Source of the DNA: an uncultured virus (IMG/VR IMGVR_UViG_3300030061_001171)
Lineage: Duplodnaviria; Heunggongvirae; Uroviricota; Caudoviricetes
Strand: one strand, 5' to 3'
Virus record (IMG/VR): IMGVR_UViG_3300030061_001171
Length of the DNA stretch: 20,000 nucleotides
Positions 17,472-20,000 of the stretch are shown here, piece after piece. Within the stretch, counting starts at the first letter, position 1, and each line of letters begins with the position of its first letter. Position numbers and translations under genes: made by a program. The notes beneath the pieces were generated by a model that worked only from the letters and a program-made list of their open reading frames with translations, was not told where the DNA came from and ran no database searches.

Positions 17472-17655
17472 TAAAATTAAGAATTTTTTAAAAGATGAAC
17501 GCGGTATGCAGACCGCTGAGTATATGATTTTAGGCACCGTTATGGGTGCTGGCTCAATTGGAGCAGTTAAGGCTGTCCGTGATGGACAGACCGCTAAATT
17601 CGAGGAAATGACTGAAGCACTTAACACTAGTGCTGATGGAACTATTGGAGGTTAA
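17464..17655 (+). CDS. flp: Flp/Fap family (Tad, type IVb/c) prepilin-like protein
   Basis: MLNKIKNFLKDERG|MQTAEYMILGTVMGAGSIGAVKAVRDGQTAKFEEMTEALN. It has a basic leader with F..DE.G, a Gly at -1, Glu at +5 and Tyr at +6, an apolar helix and a C-terminal F..+...L. Length 63 aa is typical of Flp. SD GAGGA, with an 8-nt overlap with the upstream ORF. Confidence 0.82.
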   Translation: MLNKIKNFLKDERGMQTAEYMILGTVMGAGSIGAVKAVRDGQTAKFEEMTEALNTSADGTIGG

Positions 17656-17657
17656 TT

Positions 17658-17777
17658 ATGCCTGAGATCAATGGAAAAAGATACGCTTACACCCCTAAAG
17701 GTAAAGCCGCTGCTGCAAAAGCAATGATGGATAAGAAAAAGAAAAAGACGAAAAAGGTTGTTAAAAAGAAGAAGTGA
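17658..17777 (+). CDS. 39-aa very basic protein MPEINGKRYAYTPKGKAAAAKAMMDKKKKKTKKVVKKKK (not in ORF track)
   Basis: SD GGAGG at 17647-17651, ATG 17658, TGA 17775-17777. The MP.+.GK.+.YT.KG.AAA pattern is one I recall from small basic proteins of aquatic podoviruses. Confidence 0.75.
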   Translation: MPEINGKRYAYTPKGKAAAAKAMMDKKKKKTKKVVKKKK

Positions 17778-17785
17778 GGTGTTAG

Positions 17786-18925
17786 ATGCCAACGTCGGGA
17801 AGAAAACCCCATACCTCTTACGGTGATATAGGTCTAATGACTATGACTATTGACGGACCTGTAAATGCTGAGAATAGAGGAATTACTAAGGAGAACGAAA
17901 AGAAATGTTCTTTGAAACAAAACAGAACCGATATTTTAGGCCGGGGCAGTGAAGAATATATCCTGTCTTTACGTGAGGGTACGTTAGAAGCATCTACTGT
18001 TAATTGGATTATTCCAGAACCTTGGGTAAGGGAATGGAGTTTTAAAAACGGTGGGTTTTTCTCTTCAACTCAAAGCACAGGCACTAGCTGTAAGTTTGCT
18101 CTTATTTCTGAAAACATGCAGATTCAAAGTGATGGTACTCTTGAAATGATTAACTGGGCAGACTGGAGTGATAACGGATTTGATTTTGGTACAGAATCTG
18201 GAGATGAACCTGCTGTAGCTTACGATTCTACTAAAGATTATTTTGCTTATTTTACACCCGGAGGAGGTTCAGGAGGAGCAAATCCGCCTGATATACCGTT
18301 TCTTACTTTTTCAGAAGTTGGCTCTGCTTTTGATGTAAATATCGCTACTCAAAATTTTGCTATTGTTTTATTTGTTAAAACGGCTGGAGTAAGTAACCAA
18401 ACATTTTTTAATATGGGTTTTCAATCAGCGTCAGGTCATTGTAGATTTGAAGCTAGAGGAGCCTCCGCTAGAAATATAGATATTACTACTTCTGCTGGAC
18501 GAAACAGAGCATCCAATGCGTTTAGTGATGGGTATAATATTCTTATAGGAGGTTCTAAAGACGCAAGTGGTACAGCTTTTATTCGAGTTAACGGAGAAGA
18601 AAAAACTATTGGTACTGGGGCAAACGTTAATGCTTGCGCTAATATTTCTTTAGGTTCTGCTGATGCAGATAAACAAGTTCTTATAGGTGCTTCTGAAACT
18701 GGTGCCACTTCTTATTCTAATATTGCTAGTAACACTGATATATACGAAGTACACTATATTGTTTCAAATACTAATAACAATGAGTTTTTATCAGATTTAG
18801 AAAAATTAGAAGGTAGTTTAGCAAGAAAGTATAACATTTTAGATTCACTTCCTGCTGACCATACGTATAAAACAGATTCACCTTATGGATCACCAATTAA
18901 ACAAGGAGCAAATAGATATGGCTAA
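17786..18925 (+). CDS. LamG/concanavalin A-like domain virion protein
   Basis: Beta-rich C-terminal half (NFAIVLFVKT, FIRVNGEE, VLIGA, DIYEVHY). Ends in LEKLEGSLARKYNILDSLPADHTYK, resembling the EGYLA.Kw....LP..HPY tail of viral LamG-like proteins. Confidence 0.6.
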   Translation: MPTSGRKPHTSYGDIGLMTMTIDGPVNAENRGITKENEKKCSLKQNRTDILGRGSEEYILSLREGTLEASTVNWIIPEPWVREWSFKNGGFFSSTQSTGTSCKFALISENMQIQSDGTLEMINWADWSDNGFDFGTESGDEPAVAYDSTKDYFAYFTPGGGSGGANPPDIPFLTFSEVGSAFDVNIATQNFAIVLFVKTAGVSNQTFFNMGFQSASGHCRFEARGASARNIDITTSAGRNRASNAFSDGYNILIGGSKDASGTAFIRVNGEEKTIGTGANVNACANISLGSADADKQVLIGASETGATSYSNIASNTDIYEVHYIVSNTNNNEFLSDLEKLEGSLARKYNILDSLPADHTYKTDSPYGSPIKQGANRYG

Positions 18926-19103
18926 AAAAGACGAAATGAAAAAAAAAGCTGGTAAGGCAAAGGCAAAAGCTAAAACCGCAAAGTTAGGAGATAAAAGCCC
19001 TAAAGGTAAAAAGTTTACACCGCGAAAACGAAAAAAAACCATTACCCGAAGAAATAAAATTGTTAAAACAGGCCGTTCAATTGGCGGCGGAGGTGGTCGA
19101 TAA
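18918..19103 (+). CDS. 61-aa Lys/Arg-rich basic protein (likely start MAKKDEMKK)
   Basis: SD AAGGAG at 18903-18908 favours ATG 18918 over 18885. The stop overlaps the next ATG (TAATG). Confidence 0.7.
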   Translation: MAKKDEMKKKAGKAKAKAKTAKLGDKSPKGKKFTPRKRKKTITRRNKIVKTGRSIGGGGGR

Positions 19104-19555
19104 TGTCATCAACAATTACACCGGCTACACTTACTGTAACCCACACCGAAGCTGTCACTCTTAACGGAGTTGACCGTGGTGTTAGCAACACGTTAACAAT
19201 CGCTTCAATTAATGAAATTAGTCATAGGATTGTTACTATCGATACCGCCGCTGCTAGAACCCTTTTAACTCTGGGTACTACTACGGGAGCAGGAGCTTTT
19301 ATTAAAACTAATATTCGATATATTCGTATTACAAATAAAGATAACACTAACTTTGTTACCCTTGGTATGTTAGATACCAGTGGTGATACTGCCTACGTCA
19401 AGTTAGAAGCAGGGCAGACGTTCTGTATGTATAACGACGATCTTGAAACGTTTACTGACGGATCTGCTTTCTCGGCATTCTCTGAGATTGATACGTTCAA
19501 CGCTCAGGCTGATACGGCTGATGTTGACTTAGAAGTGTTTATCGCATCCGTCTAA
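19103..19555 (+). CDS. Hypothetical all-beta phage protein (probably structural)
   Basis: 150 aa, Thr-rich beta-strand pattern (YIRITNKDNTNFVTL, LEAGQTF, ADTADVDLEVFIAS). SD GGAGGT and coupled start. Confidence 0.75.
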   Translation: MSSTITPATLTVTHTEAVTLNGVDRGVSNTLTIASINEISHRIVTIDTAAARTLLTLGTTTGAGAFIKTNIRYIRITNKDNTNFVTLGMLDTSGDTAYVKLEAGQTFCMYNDDLETFTDGSAFSAFSEIDTFNAQADTADVDLEVFIASV

Positions 19556-19563
19556 GGAATAAC

Positions 19564-19764
19564 ATGAGTGATATCTCAACTTTAAAAAATAAATTAGTAA
19601 GTAGGTTATCGGAAGATCTTGATGACCCATCAAAATGCACCCCCGGTTTATACCAAGTAGTATGTAGGGTAATTGTAGATCACCGTGATGAATTAGATAT
19701 GGAAGGCATTGAGTCTACCGTAGATAAAATGAACTTAGATCCGCCGTTTAAGTTCGGCACCTAA
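19564..19764 (+). CDS. Terminase small subunit (T7 gp18-like DNA maturase A)
   Basis: RLSEDLDDPSKCTPGLYQVVCRVIVDH aligns by eye with T7 gp18 RMLADLSDHERRSPQLYNAINKLLDRH. Size and position after the fibre/holin genes fit. Confidence 0.72.
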   Translation: MSDISTLKNKLVSRLSEDLDDPSKCTPGLYQVVCRVIVDHRDELDMEGIESTVDKMNLDPPFKFGT

Positions 19765-19839
19765 GATTCGCTATCTTGGTTCTGTTGAACTTACCAGCAG
19801 GGCCAGTCAGACCCACCTTGGGGTAAAATCCAAGGTGGG
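19763..19839 (+). promoter_or_regulatory. Cluster of tandem RNA hairpins in the intergenic region
   Basis: AAGAT/ATCTT (19763-19777). TGGTTCTGTTG/CAGCAGGGCCA 11-bp stem with G-U pairs (19777-19805). Perfect 10-bp CCCACCTTGG/CCAAGGTGGG (19812-19839). No long U tract. Confidence 0.55.
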
Positions 19840-19855
19840 CATTTAAGGAGATACT

Positions 19856-20000
19856 ATGCCATCAGGTAAAAAGAATTCTAAATATTATTATGATAGAAAT
19901 CCGCAATCTAAAGCTAAAAAGAATAAGTACAATACAGCTTATCATAGTACTCCTGCTCGTAAAAAGTATCGTGCTAAATTAAATGCTGCTAACCGTAAGG
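19856..20000 (+). CDS. Basic protein, truncated by the window end; possibly the N-terminus of an HNH-type endonuclease
   Basis: SD AAGGAGA at 19845-19851. MPSGKKNSKYYYDRNPQSKAKKNKYNTAYHSTPARKKYRAKLNAANRK... is open to the window end. It resembles the basic N-termini of podoviral HNH proteins, but the catalytic motif is not visible. Confidence 0.55.
   Translation, partial: MPSGKKNSKYYYDRNPQSKAKKNKYNTAYHSTPARKKYRAKLNAANRK

Noticed and set aside
17433..17627. Minus-strand 64-aa ORF opposite the pilin
   Set aside because: Antisense shadow; the + strand ORF has an SD, operon coupling and a family motif.
18885..18917. Upstream start for the basic protein given in the ORF track
   Set aside because: ATG 18918 has a properly spaced AAGGAG SD and minimal overlap with the LamG-like gene.

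Overview
This window is the late (virion morphogenesis, lysis, packaging) region of an uncharacterised T7-like short-tailed phage, with all credible genes on the + strand. Gene order: C-terminal part of the major capsid protein, a T-phi-like terminator, tail tubular protein A (gp11-like), and a tail nozzle protein B (gp12-like) enlarged to 1536 aa. Next come a tail fibre/adaptor with a T7 gp17-like N-terminal motif, a 2381-aa cysteine-rich Ig + beta-helix protein with a small Cys/His partner, and two poly-Lys-tailed paralogues. A membrane/lysis cluster follows (29-aa amphipathic peptide, holin-like protein, TM/coiled-coil protein), then a phage-encoded Flp/Tad-type prepilin, small basic proteins, a LamG-like protein, a gp18-like small terminase and a truncated HNH-like ORF. 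The most notable observations are four: (1) the Flp pilin, whose start overlaps the end of the lysis cluster; (2) four copies of one domain apparently nested inside each other within gp12; (3) the giant Cys-rich putative receptor-binding module with a compositionally foreign segment; (4) a structured region after the capsid gene carrying a mini-ORF and a 10-nt perfect complement to the 16S rRNA 3' end. Family assignments come from motif recognition by eye, not from database searches.
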